DNA of 64,000 nucleotides. Source: Malacoraja senta. Its lineage: Eukaryota. Numbering within the stretch: position 1 is the stretch's first letter; each line of letters starts with the position of its first letter. Shown here piece after piece: positions 36,239-48,238 of the stretch. The DNA is taken from the NCBI GenBank assembly GCA_038087875.1, contig CM076000.1:186001-250000 (forward strand). The letters run 5' to 3'. The position numbers and the translations under genes were made by a program. The notes under the pieces were generated by a model. It saw only the letters and a list, made by a program, of their open reading frames with translations, searched no databases and was not told where the DNA came from.

Positions 36239-38055
36239 TAAGAGTCAGGGATATGGGCAAAACACAGGCAGGTGGGACTAGTGTAGATGGGACATGTTGG
36301 TCGGGTGTGGACAGGCTGGGACATTGGCCTGTTTCCATGCTGTCTCACTCTGTGACTCTACTTCCCACAAACATTCATTGTGTGATTTCACCATCAAGAC
36401 ATTATTTGAAGTGTCACTCCAGTTATTGTCCCTTATCAAAGTGTGCTAATTTCCCATGAGTGGGACAGAAATGTGTAATAGATAGAGCAGTGCTTGCTCT
36501 ATCATGTCTTGGATCACAATATTCTGAGGTCTAGAAGTTAGAGCAGTGTTTACACGTGTGATAAATGTGGGCCCATATTGTCAAATTACATTTAAGACAT
36601 CTTGCATTATTTTGTTCTCTGATGAACCCGGGATGTCCACTTTCCAGTGGAGTCATAAGGATGTCCAGTGGTGCCTTGGTGGATGTGGTCAACCAGCATA
36701 TGTTGGCTCTTGATCCTCACACATACCATCTCGCTGCCATAGGAAAGCTGCTCGCCTCCATCCACATGTATCAGCAAATTTGGTGCGGGGCATTGGTTTT
36801 ACAGCTTCTTTGAGCTGGTATTTTTAAATTGTCCATCCATTTCCAAATAAGCAAGAGCAAGAGAATTAATTAATTTAGGAAATTAATTGCAGTAATAGGG
36901 AGGGCAAGAGAAAAAAAATAACAATTTATAAGTGTTCAGAAGCCATGTGCCAGCTGGAAAGGAAAAATGGAAAAAAATGGTTAAGTAATGAGTAAAAACG
37001 ATCTAATGTCTTCATGAAGTTACACATACCAACCTCATCAAGCCGCAGGTTCATAAGGGCATGATTTATAAATAAGTTTACTTTTACCAGAACATCAGGA
37101 GATGCAATGTAGAAAGTCCCAACTATCAAATTTATATTTGAACCAATCTGTTTAAAAGCAAACTCTTCCAGTGAATGTTCTCCTTGTCTTTCGAAAATTG
37201 GCTGTGACATAAAGTGGGCAGATTTTTTTATATTGGTTTCTGGCTATTTTTCTGATGGGAGTTATCCAATTTACATTTGCAGATTGGGGAATCCCAGTCA
37301 GAAAACCTAGGCTAATATAGTTGGTGAATATAATTATATGAATCCTGAGGAAGCATTATGCGATGAACTGGAGATTGTATTGTTCTGCTAATGTCTTTGG
37401 GGAAAGGCACATAATGAGAAATGTTAATTAAAATTAAGACATTCATGTAAAAAGCAGGGATTAGAACTGCACATGCAATGAAGTTATTGAATTCAATTTA
37501 AAATGTTTATTATATGTCTTTATATAATTATAGATGTTTATGGAACAAAAGTTTAAATTAATTGAGAATCAAATTATTAAGGTCCATGTACAAATTATGT
37601 TAAACCTTTTAAAATAATAATTGCAATGAGATGCAATGGTAATAAAAATAATCATAGTTGCTGCATACTATGTTTTGTATCTAACTACCATTGGATATGT
37701 TTCCCTTACCATTGCAAATTGACATATAAACAAATATTGCCCATGATTTTTTGGCAGTTGTTGGGTGGTAGAATAATGAGGATTATCTTTATATTGATAT
37801 CCCACAGTAAATGTGTCATAAAGTTGAAAGAACTATTGAATATTTGCAACACAGGAGGCCAATCAGCTCCTCGTATCTGTCGAAAAGAAGCTACCCAAAC
37901 TCTTCCCTTCTTTGCTGTGGGCATGGGGTCTTTCTGTGGATCATTGAACACAGAACACATATCGTTTAAATGTGATGAGGGCTACTGCCTCTACCATCCT
38001 TTCAACCCATGAGTTATAGACCTCTTCAATCTGCTCGTTCATTTTTTTTCCTCAT

Positions 38056-40460
38056 CGGAGATTAGTGGGCAAAATTAGGGCATATGGTATTGGGGGTAGA
38101 GTGCTGACATGGATAGAAAATTGGTTGGCAGACAGGAAACAAAAAGTAGGGATTAACGGTCCCTTTCAGAATGGCAGGCAGTGACTAGTGGAGTACCACA
38201 AGGCTCGGTGCTGGGACCGCAGCTATTTACAATATATATTAATGATTTGGATGAAGGGATTAAAAGTAACATTAATACATTTGCAGATGACACAAAGCTG
38301 GGTGACAGTGTGAACTGTGAGGAGGATGCTATGAGAATGCAGGGTGACTTGGACAGGTTGGGTGAGTGGGCAGATGCATGGCAGATGCAGTTTAATGTGG
38401 ATAAATGTGAGGTTATCCACTTTGGTAGCAAAAACAGGAAGGCAGATTATTATCTAAATGGTGTCAAGTTGGGAAAAGGGGAAGTACAAAGGGATCTGGG
38501 GGTCATTGTTCATCAGTCACTGAAAGTAAGCATGCAGGTACAGCAGCAGTGAAGAAAGCGAATGGCATGTTGGCCTTTATAACGAGAGGAGGTGAGTATG
38601 AATGAATGCCATTTTATTGTCACTATACACATGTACAATGAGATTAAAAGCAGCTCGTACTCAGTGCAGACATGTAATTAGTTCAAAAAACAACAACAAC
38701 AACAACAACAAAAAGGGGGGATAAGGTGCACAGTTCTGCGGCGCTATATACATATCTATAAAAAGACAATGGGTAAATAGAGTGAATAAATAGGATTCCT
38801 ATATACAGTATGGGTTATTGCACATATTAAAAATTACAGTTACAGTACAAATTACAGTAGGTGGATAGATGGAAGTCCGGGGGTTAAGCTGTGAAGTCAG
38901 TGCATGTGTGAGTTCAGAGAGGTTATGGCTTTTGGAAAGCAACTGTTCTTGAGTCTATTTGTCCTTGTTCTGATGCACCTATAGCGCCTCCCTGAGGGCA
39001 GCAGGTAGAACAGGCCAAACGCAGGATGGGAGCTGTCCTTGATGATGTTCTTCGCCCTGCTGAGGCAGCGGGAGGTGTAAATGTCCATCAGGGAGGGGAG
39101 AGGGCAGCCAATGATCTTCTGTGCTGCCCTAACTACCCTCTGAAGCCTCTCCCTGTCTGCCATGGTGCAGCTGCCGTACCATGCTGTAATGCAGTATGTC
39201 AGCAGGCTCTCAATGGACGAGCGGTAGAAGGTCAGCAGCAGGTTGGAGTCCAGGTTGTACTTCCTGAGGACCCTCGGGAAGTGCAGCCGCTGCTGAGCCT
39301 TCTTGATGACCGCTGTGATGTTGTCTGTCCAGGAGATGTCAGCGGAGATGAGGACGCCGAGAAACCGGAAGGTGTAGACCCTCTCCACACACTCGCCGTT
39401 GATATATAGGGGGGCTAAGTCGGTGCTGTGCCTCCTGAAGTTGACAATGAGCTCTTTTGTTTTCTTGGTGTTCAGAGCCAAGTTGTTTTCTGAGCACCAG
39501 GCTGTCAACTTCAGGACTTCCTCTCTATAGGCTGCCTCGTCTCCCCTTGAGATGAGTCCGACTACTGTAGTGTCGTCAGCAAACTTGACTATGCGGTTGC
39601 TGTTGTGGGCCGGACTAGTCGTGGGAGTAGAGACAGTATAGGAGGGGGCTTAGCACACAGCCCTGTGGGGAGCCGGTACTCAACATGCGAGTGGAGGAGA
39701 GGTGGGGGCCGAGTCTCACAGTCTGGGGCCGGTTGGTGAGGAAGTCCTTTATCCAGGCACATGTGAGAGTGGGGAGGCCGAGAGTGACCAGTTTGTCGAT
39801 GAGAATGTCCGGAATGATAGTATTGAAAGCTGAGCTGTAATCCACAAAGAGCAGTATAGGAGCAAAGAGGTCCTTCTGCAGTTGTACAGGGCCGTAGTGA
39901 GACCACACCTGGAGTATTGTGTGCAGTTTTGGTCTCCAAATTTGAGGAAAGACATTCTTGCTATTGTGGGAGTGCAGCATAGGTTCACAAGGTTAATTCC
40001 CGGGATGGCGGGACTGTCATATGCTGAGAGAATGGAGCAGCTGGGCTTGTATACTCTGGAATTTAGATGGATGAGAGGGGATCTTATTGAAACATATAAA
40101 ATTATTAAGTGTTTGGACACGCTAGAGGCAGGAAACATGTTCCCAATGCTGGGGGAGTCCAGAACCAGGTGCCACAGTTTAAGAATAAGGGGTTAGACAT
40201 TTAGAACAGAGATGAGGAAACACATTTTCACACAGAGAGTTGTGAGTCTGTGGAATTCTCTGCCTCAGAAGGCAGTGGAGGCCGGTTCTCTGGAAACTTT
40301 CAAGAGAGATCTAGATAGGGCTCTGGAAGATAGCGGAGTCAGGTGATATGTGGAGAAGGCAGGAACGGGGTACACATTGTGGATGATCAGCCATGATCAC
40401 ATTAAATGGCGGTGTTGGCTTGAAGGCCGTATGGCCTACTCCTGCACCTATTGTTTATTG
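38056..40460 (+). mobile_element. CR1 LINE (same subfamily as 25846-27425) split by a Rex1/Babar insertion
   Basis: [16 protein letters not shown] before 38599; continues aggagcaaagagg after 39857, colinear with 26800 onward. Confidence 0.93.
38600..39852 (-). mobile_element. Rex1/Babar-type LINE, 5'-truncated, nested in CR1
   Basis: [13 protein letters not shown]...[42 protein letters not shown] at 38595-38599 and 39853-39857; (cattc) tail. Confidence 0.9.
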
Positions 40461-41025
40461 GCTATCGCATCTCAAATTTATCTACCAATTACTTTAAATC
40501 TTTGCCTCTTGATTTTTGTTCCCTAAAGTAGCAGAAATAGATTTTTCATACTTATTCCATCAGTGTCCATCATAGTTTTATAAGCCTCAGTTCATTCTTC
40601 TGTCAGCATCATCTATTCCGTTGAAAATTCTAGAAAGTATACTAAAAAATAAAAGCTTTTATATAGCTTTTTTATACATCTTTTCAACCTGTAGGCTCTT
40701 TAAGGACACTCCATACTACTCAGTATTCACAGTATTATTCCCTTGCCTAGTTGCTATTTCTCAAACGCTCAATTTTTAAAAATTAAATCTCACCACTCTT
40801 TTCCATTCAACTGACCAGACCACATATACTCTACATTTTTGGCAGTCCAGTCAGTTGAATAGAAATGTGTGAGGTGAGATATCCCCCTGAAATTAAAAAA
40901 AAAAACATTCTCTTCACTGTCAAATATTTGGCTAATTTCATATCATGTACCAACTTCTTTATCTTATCCCGATATGTTATGTTTCAATCTTTAGTAATAA
41001 AAATCAGGGTACCTAGAACTGAGTC

Positions 41026-41709
41026 GAGTGGTGGCACCATCGAGTGTGGCTGCCTCGCCTGCAGCTCTCTGCCCTTTCATTCTTTTTGTTATTTTTAGTT
41101 TGTTTTAAAGTTTGTTTTTGGAGGTCTTTTAGTCTTTTTTATGTGGGTGGAGGGGGAAACTGTTTTTCTTAGCCACTTCCTGGTCGAGGATGCGACTTTC
41201 CTCTGAGCCGCATCTTCGCCCCCTCCTCAAGGCCTACCATCTGGATTGCCGTGGCCTTTCTTGCCAGAGACCGGCCAGAGCTTCAGCTTCATCAGCAGCG
41301 CAGCACTGGATTCCATCGCAGAGCGAGCGATGCCTTACTGGGAATCGCTGTGTTGGAGCTCCGGAGTGCTGGGACTGCCGACTTTGAACACCGTGGAGCT
41401 GTGGTCTGCGGAGCCTCCAGCCACGGGCGGCGGAAGCTTCCAGCCACTGGCGGCGGTGACTTTCCAGCCGCTGGCGGCCCTGACTTTGACATCACGGAGC
41501 CTGGGATTTCTCGCCGAGGTCGGCAGCATTGAATCTCCGCCAAGCTCGGCCTGTGGACTTCGGAAGCCGCGGTCTCCGGTAGGAAGTGGCCGATTCGGAG
41601 GCTCCGGGCTGCTGAGAGTGTTCTTCCGTTCGAGCCGTCGGGCCGTCACTGCACCAATTGGTGTATGTGACAATAAATGTCCTTTGTCCTTGTCCTTGTC
41701 CTTGTCCTT
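41026..41709 (+). mobile_element. GC-rich non-coding retroelement relative
   Basis: 5' gagtggtggc..gctgcctcgcctgcag, T-rich then G-rich block as in the 9745 copy; 3' hairpin + tgacaataaa + (ttgtcc)n; TSD TGAGTC at 41020-41025 and 41710-41715. Confidence 0.7.
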
Positions 41710-41759
41710 TGAGTCCTGTGGAACCTTCACAGTGACAAAAACACCTATCAATAATTACC

Positions 41760-41846
41760 AAAGATAGACACAAAATGCTGGAGTAATTTGGTGGGACAGG
41801 CAGCATCTGGATGAATGGGTGATATTTGGGGTCAAGACCCTTCTTC
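41760..41846 (-). mobile_element. 87-bp PLE-derived element with decayed hammerhead core
   Basis: 11-bp TSD CAATAATTACC at 41749-41759 and 41847-41857. Confidence 0.75.
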
Positions 41847-42329
41847 CAATAATTACCCTCTGTTTCCTACCACTGAGGCAATTTAGGAGGCAAGTTCCGA
41901 CTTTTTGACTAGCTTGCTGATTCTTGTCAAAAACGTTGCTGAAATCTGTGTAGGCAACATAAAACATTTTACCCTCATTGGTCCTCTTGGTAGCTCCTAA
42001 AACACAATCAATCATATTTTCAAATGCTGACGGCTTGATGAAGCTATGCCTTTCTAAATGAAGGCTCTTTCTGTCGGTCAAGTTGATTCAATAATTTACC
42101 CAACACTCAGATTAATGTGGGTTAGGTTAGGTTTGTTATTATTGTCAGGTGTACCAAGGTACAGTGAATAGCTTTTGTTTGCCAGTTCTTCAATCAAATC
42201 AGATAACATTATACATGAATACAATCAAGCCAAGCACAAGTAGAACAGATAGAGTGAAGAGAAAAAATACTAGAATGCAGAATATAGTTGCACAGCACTG
42301 TAGCATTACAATTCCAGAAAAAAGTCCAT

Positions 42330-43320
42330 AGTTTAGTTTATTATTGTCACGTGTACCTAGGTACAGTGAAAAGCTTTTGTTGTGTGCTACCTAGTCAGCA
42401 GAAAGACAATGCATGATTATAATTGAGCCATTTACAGTGTATAGATACATGATAAGGGAATAACGTTCAATCAAGGATAGTCCGAGGGTCACCAAAGAGG
42501 TAAATAGTAGTTCAGCACTGTTTTGAGTTGTGATAGTATTTTTTTTAAATTGTTTTTTTTAATTGTTTTTAATTTTTTTTATTAGAAGTATTGTACAATG
42601 CAGTGATCTCAAACAAACATAAAATTATACATTTCTTGTACCACTTCTTATTTTAAACTTTAATAAGAAAAAATATAGAGAGAGATAGGAGAGATAGTGA
42701 GTGAGTGAAAGAGTGGTCCAGGGAAACCCGTAGGGACCTAAACCACAAGAAAGAGTTAAACAAAAAACAAAAGAAAAAGAAAGAAGAAAAAAAAGTAAAA
42801 TAAGATCAGGCAAGATAAAAGGGATGTACCTACTCCATATCTTTACTCACCCCTCACCAGGTCCTGAAACCATTTATTTTCAACATTTTGTTGCACCCTA
42901 TGTTTGTAATAAGTCGATAAATGGAGACCAAATCTTTTTGAAATGGTCTGATTTACCTGCTAAGAGGAATCTCATATCTTCTAGGTGTAACAGTTCGGAC
43001 ATATTAGAAATCCACATTTTTATCGTTGTTGTGATAGTATAGATTCAGTTGTCTGATAACAGTTGGGAAGAAACTGTCCCTGAATCTGGAGGTGTGCGTT
43101 TTCACATTTCTATACCTTTTGCCTGATGGGAGAGGGGAGAAGAGGGAGTGACCAGGGTGCCAAGGCAGCATAAGGTATAAATTGAGTCAATAGAAGGGAG
43201 GTTGGTTTGTGTGATGGTCTGGGCTGCATCCACGATTCACTGCAATTTCTTGCGGTCTTGGATGGAGCTGTTTCCAAACCATGCTGTGATGCATCCTGAT
43301 AAAATTCTTTCTATGGTGAT
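42330..43320 (-). mobile_element. Rex1/Babar-like 3' end split by an L1-like insertion
   Basis: rc ERILSGCITAWFGNSSIQDRKKLQ; same 3' UTR as the 16562 copy. Confidence 0.8.
42540..43027 (-). mobile_element. L1-like LINE 3' end with A-rich tail
   Basis: rc translation KMWISNMSELLHLEDMRFLLAGKSDHFKKIWSPFIDLLQT*; poly-T at 42540; 13-bp TSD GTTGTGATAGTAT at 42527-42539 and 43028-43040. Confidence 0.8.
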
Positions 43321-43386
43321 AACAATTGATGTATATCGCTTGATGTTTGTACAATAATTAGCAGTGTATGATTCGATATTTCTCCA

Positions 43387-43672
43387 AGTGGTGCAGTGGT
43401 AGAGTTGCTGCCGCACGATGCCAGAGACCCGGGTTCGATCCTGACCTCGGGTGCTGTCTCTGTGGGGTTTGCACATTCTCCCCTTCACTGCGTGGGTTTC
43501 CTCTAGTGCTCTGGTTTCTTCCCACATCCCAAAGTTGTTTCGGTTTAATTGTAGGTTAATTGGTCTCTCAGAAAAAATGCCCCATAGTGTGTAGGGAGTG
43601 GATGTGAATGTGGAACAACAGAGAATCAAAGGGCCTGTTTACATGCTGCATCTCTAAACTAAACTTAACTAA
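43387..43672 (+). mobile_element. V-SINE copy
   Basis: gtggtgcagtggtagag...ggttcgatcc; (actaa) tail. Confidence 0.8.
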
Positions 43673-45034
43673 AACTGAAACCTTCTAATATATAGATGGG
43701 GGCTTGCACAGCCATTCAAAGTGTTTCATGCCTAAATCAAAATTGGTCACAAGGGGTCATATATTTGAAAACAATATTACACTTGTACAGAGTGAGACTG
43801 TATCATTCACATATCATTCGTCAGTATAATTCACTTCTTTCCCAGTGACTGGGAAACAATAGTGTCGGCAATTAGAAAGCACATTGGAGCTTTATTGTTG
43901 AAGATGAGCATTATTTGATTTATGTAGAGGAGAAATAACTACCAAATATAAATTGGGATCTGAAGCCCAGAACTCTGAAAATATTTCTGATGAATGAACA
44001 TCTCTACAAACTGTGCATTTTAATTATGGTAGTTGCAGCACATGGCATACAGTCCTGGTTATTAAGATAATACATTGCTGATATGCATGTGTTTAACTGG
44101 TTATTCAAATCAAATCCCAGATAATCGCGACTGGTTAAATCTAAGAAACATGGTAATGCCTGGGATTTTCCACATTTCTTTTTCATTTTTGTTTGTAGTT
44201 AGTGAGCACTTCACGCAGCAGCTAAATGTAATAAATAGGTTTCTGTTGTCTTGAATGAATGCTTTCAGCTGTCTGGGTCAGAAAGGACAGTGACGTGGTA
44301 ACTTCTTTAGGGAAATCAATACATGGTTGTTTTAAACATTGATGACTCACTCTTCCTCTGGGGAATGGAGGCTTTTATTGAATTTCAGATTCAGTGACTA
44401 ATGTGCAGTCTTCAGTAACTCTAACCTCAATTATCGCAAAAGATGCAGCTAAAAAAAACACTGATCAAGTTGTATTCAAGGATGGCAAGACAACCTCTTT
44501 GACATGTCTGTTCCATGTATCAATTTAAAGGATTTTTTTGCAAAATTAGAACATTCTGAATCAACCTTAAGCAATACATTGATGCAATTTTTTGTATTTA
44601 TGATTTAAAAAAAAATATTGCTTTGTTTCTCCCTGTTATCTCCTGGATTCAGTAATCATGACAGGCTCCTTCCACCCAGTCTATTGAATTCAATTTTATT
44701 TTCATTTACATCTCACCAAAGGCTTAGTTTGCCCAATCTGCACAAACTCTGGATCCATTTGATCTTTTGTTGGGCTCTTTCCCTCTTTTTGAAACGCATG
44801 TTTGAGATATGGCCGTCATATCATCTGATGAAGGTTCTCCCACAGTTATTGGGGAATAAAGAAGAGATGAATTTGGAGATGCTAGGAACTGCAGATGCTG
44901 TTTTACAAAAAGAGACACAAGGTGCTGGAGTAACTCACCGGATCATGCAGCATCTCTGGAGAACATGGATAGGTGGTGTTTCGGGTTGGGACCCTTCTTC
45001 AGGCTAATTGTCATACCTTGAGGAAATTACCTTG

Positions 45035-45963
45035 AGGTAAATAGGTGGAGGGGCAGGTGTTGTAGAGAAAGAAGGGACTCTGCAGAACAACTTGGATAGG
45101 ATGGGAAAGTGGTCAGCGAAGCAGCAGACGGAATATAGTGTAGCAATGAGTGTGGAGTCATGCATTTTGGTAGTAGGAATAAAGGTGTAGATTATTTTCC
45201 AAATGGGGAGAGAATCCAGAAATCAGAGGTGCATAGGGACTTGGGAGTGTTGGTGCAGGATTCCCAAAAAGTTAATCTGCAAGTCGAATCAGTAGTAAAG
45301 AAAGCAAACGCAATGCTAGCATTTATTTAGAGAGGGCTTGTATTCAAAAACAGGGATGTAATGCTGAGGCTCTATAAGGCACTGGTAAGGCCGCATTTAG
45401 AGTATTGTGAGCAATTTTGGGCACCATATCTGAGGAAGGATGTGCTGGTTTTGGAGAGGGTCCAGAGAAGGTATACAAGAATGACCCCAGGAATGAGTAG
45501 GTTAACATATGATGAGCGTTTGTTGGCACTGGGCCTATATTCGCTGGTGTTTAGAGGAATGAGGGGGGATCTCATTGAAACGTACAGAATAGTGAAAGGC
45601 TTGGATCGAGTGGAAGTGGAGAGGTAGTTTCCAGTAGTGGGAGAGTCTAGGTCTAGAGGTCATAGCCTCAGAATTAAAGGACTTTCTTTCAGGAAGGAGA
45701 TCAGGAGGAATTTCTTTAGTCAGAGGGTGGTGAATCTGTGGAATTCTTTGCCACAGAAGGCTGTGGTGGCCAAGTCAGTGAATATATTTAAGACAGAAAT
45801 AGATAGATTCTTGATTAGTACGGGTGTCAGGGGTTATGGGGAGAAGGCAGGAGAATGGGGTTAGAAGGGAGAGATAGATTAGCCATGATTGAATGGCGGA
45901 GTACACTTGATGGGCCGATTGGCGTAATTCTACTTCTATCACTTATGATGTTATGATCTTATG
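45035..45963 (+). mobile_element. CR1 3' portion
   Basis: [24 protein letters not shown]...RRNFFSQRVVNLWNSLPQKAV; (ttatga) tail. Confidence 0.9.
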
Positions 45964-46943
45964 ATTTGGCAGTGGAGTAGTAAAATGTAGACACATGCAA
46001 CTGCACATGCAAGTTTGCAAAAAGAGATATAAAGTGCTAGAGTAACTCATCAGCTCAGGCAGCATCTCTGGAAGATGGTTCCGGGATTTGGACCCAATGA
46101 AAATTAAGGTATGATGATTGTGCTTCTATGGCAGGAGGGTTTGCAGCGTGGAGGGGAAGCTGTTCGTGATGGTGGTGCAGTGCACCTGCTTTCTGTCATT
46201 CTTGGAGGTCATGGGTTTGTGAATTGCTGTTGAAGTAGTCTGGTCAAGTAGCTGGTTCACTATCTGGTCAACATATGATACACGTCAACGTCTGATACAC
46301 ATTGCAGTCACTGTGCACCAGCACTGAAGAGAGTGGATGATGTCATACACAAAATCTAAAAATCTATTGTTGCTCAGATGCACTGTTTGTGCTACTTACT
46401 ATTTACTCAAATACTTGCATGGCTACAATAGGATTAGTATGCAGGGAATGTGCACAGTGGTGTCAATTTACTCCTGGATTATGGCAATGAAGCTGGGAAA
46501 GGAATAGCAATGAGCAAACTGACATCTGATAGACTGAAAATGTTACAGCCTTATTTGTCCAACCTTTTGTGGCTGGTAGCTCCAAAGTTGATTATTTTAC
46601 TGCACCTATAGTCTACAGATGGATATATATCTGGATCAGGAAACTGATCATTTGCACAGATTAGAGAATGCTGCTGCCGCTTCTAAAAGGCCTTGTTTAC
46701 AACTGGAATTTGTTGTCAAAGATAATTATACCTTTCTAAAAATTATGGATAAAGATGCCAAGTATATTGTATCGTCTTATTGTTAAACAAGTGATCTATA
46801 AGTTGAGGTTTAATTGGCATTTTGTAATACAGATTTGTTTCAATACTGATTTGGACTTTTCTATTAATTTCTAATTTGTGTAATTTTAGTTTTGAGTTGG
46901 AAAGAAATCCTGTAATAAAATGATGTATCTTTGTTCCATACAG

Positions 46944-47166
46944 ATGATTCCAGGAATGCAGCAGTTGGATCACACGCTTCTCGTTCATCCATTGCTAACT
47001 TAGGACTCGTTGGAGAACATGGAAGCCAGAGCTCTTCACACACCAGTCAACCATCAGTGTTCACGTTTGAAAACCCAATCCAGCTTCAGTCTGTTCTTTC
47101 ATCGAGCGCACCACAGGACTACCTCTTTCTCCATCAATGTATGAGCAAGAAGATTGAAAATGCTAG
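46944..47166 (+). CDS. GAB2: GAB2 internal coding exon (equivalent to human exon 3)
   Basis: Acceptor ttccatacAG|at, donor ctAG|GTatga; phase 1 in, phase 2 out. Translation DDSRNAAVGSH...SHTSQPSVFTFENP...SSSAPQDYLFLHQCMSKKIENAR resembles GAB2 SHSSQPTLFTFEP...SAPQEYLYLHQCISRRAENAR. Confidence 0.93.
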
Positions 47167-48238
47167 GTATGAATCATTGGTTGAATACAGAAAATAATAA
47201 TAACAAACTCTCTATTTAGATCTACTAAATAGCAATCCAATATAAAAGCATTCAAAATGGCTCTCAGTACTTCCTGGTGTCTGAATAGATAATAAGCAGA
47301 GCAAGCATGTTTTGCACCGCATTGAATTAGAATAAATGGTTTGGGCCTGAGCTCACCAACATTAATTTACAGTGGATGTTTAGAATGATTAATGAGAAGA
47401 TTTGCATCCCTATGTTGGAAGGAACTGCAGATGCTGGTGTACACCAAAGACTCCGCTGAAGAAGGGTCTCGACCCAAAACTTTATTCCTTGTCTCCAGAG
47501 ATGCTGCCTGACCCGCTGACTTACCCCAGCATTTTGTGTCTATGTACATCCCTGTCTTTTGTTGAAGTGAGTCTGACAAAATAATTTGTGGAGGAGGTAA
47601 GTAATAGTGTCAGCAAAATGCAGTTTTTGCATATACTGCTTGACCATTCTTATCTCTACGCTTATGGATTCAGATGTGATGGAAGTCAACATTCGTGTAG
47701 AGTCAAATAGCTGCTATTTGATGGAAGCATCAATGTTAAGGTTTATTTTGGTCTACTGAGAAAGTTACCAGTGGAGGGGTTGTTTTCTTTCAATAGTTTA
47801 TTGGTGGCCTCTAATGGTGAGATGGCATCACTGCAAGTATATTCCACACAAGTCACATTGTCTCAGATTTCTGCACAGAGCTGCTGGCGTTTACAACACT
47901 AATGCCAGTGGCTACAGAGTTCGGTACAATGCAGAACTTGCAAATTAACCGGCAAAGCTCTAGCAGCAAGTTCACTGCTGGACTCCACGTGCAGTGCAGT
48001 GCTGAACCAATGGTTTGGCAAGATTCCTCAACATTTAAACTGAGGGATCTGTTCTGGGATCCTGTGACTGGTGTAACCTGGCCCAGATTCTGCAGCTCAT
48101 TCACTTCAATTGGGCTGTAGGACAACAAGGAAAATAGGCAAGGAAAAGATGGTCTACATGTTTTTAATTTGTCTTTCCTATTGTGCTTTTCATTTAAAAG
48201 TCTGGATTATAGGGTCTCAGCTCCAAGGAGAGGTTGGA

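Noticed and set aside
39615..39980. Novel fusion protein ORF
   Set aside because: Chance read-through across the CR1 (antisense)/Rex junction.
1..46943. GAB2 PH-domain exon or a nested protein-coding gene
   Set aside because: No WKKRWF/LEYYKN-type peptide or other non-TE protein seen in the ORF track or by eye; very small exons cannot be excluded.
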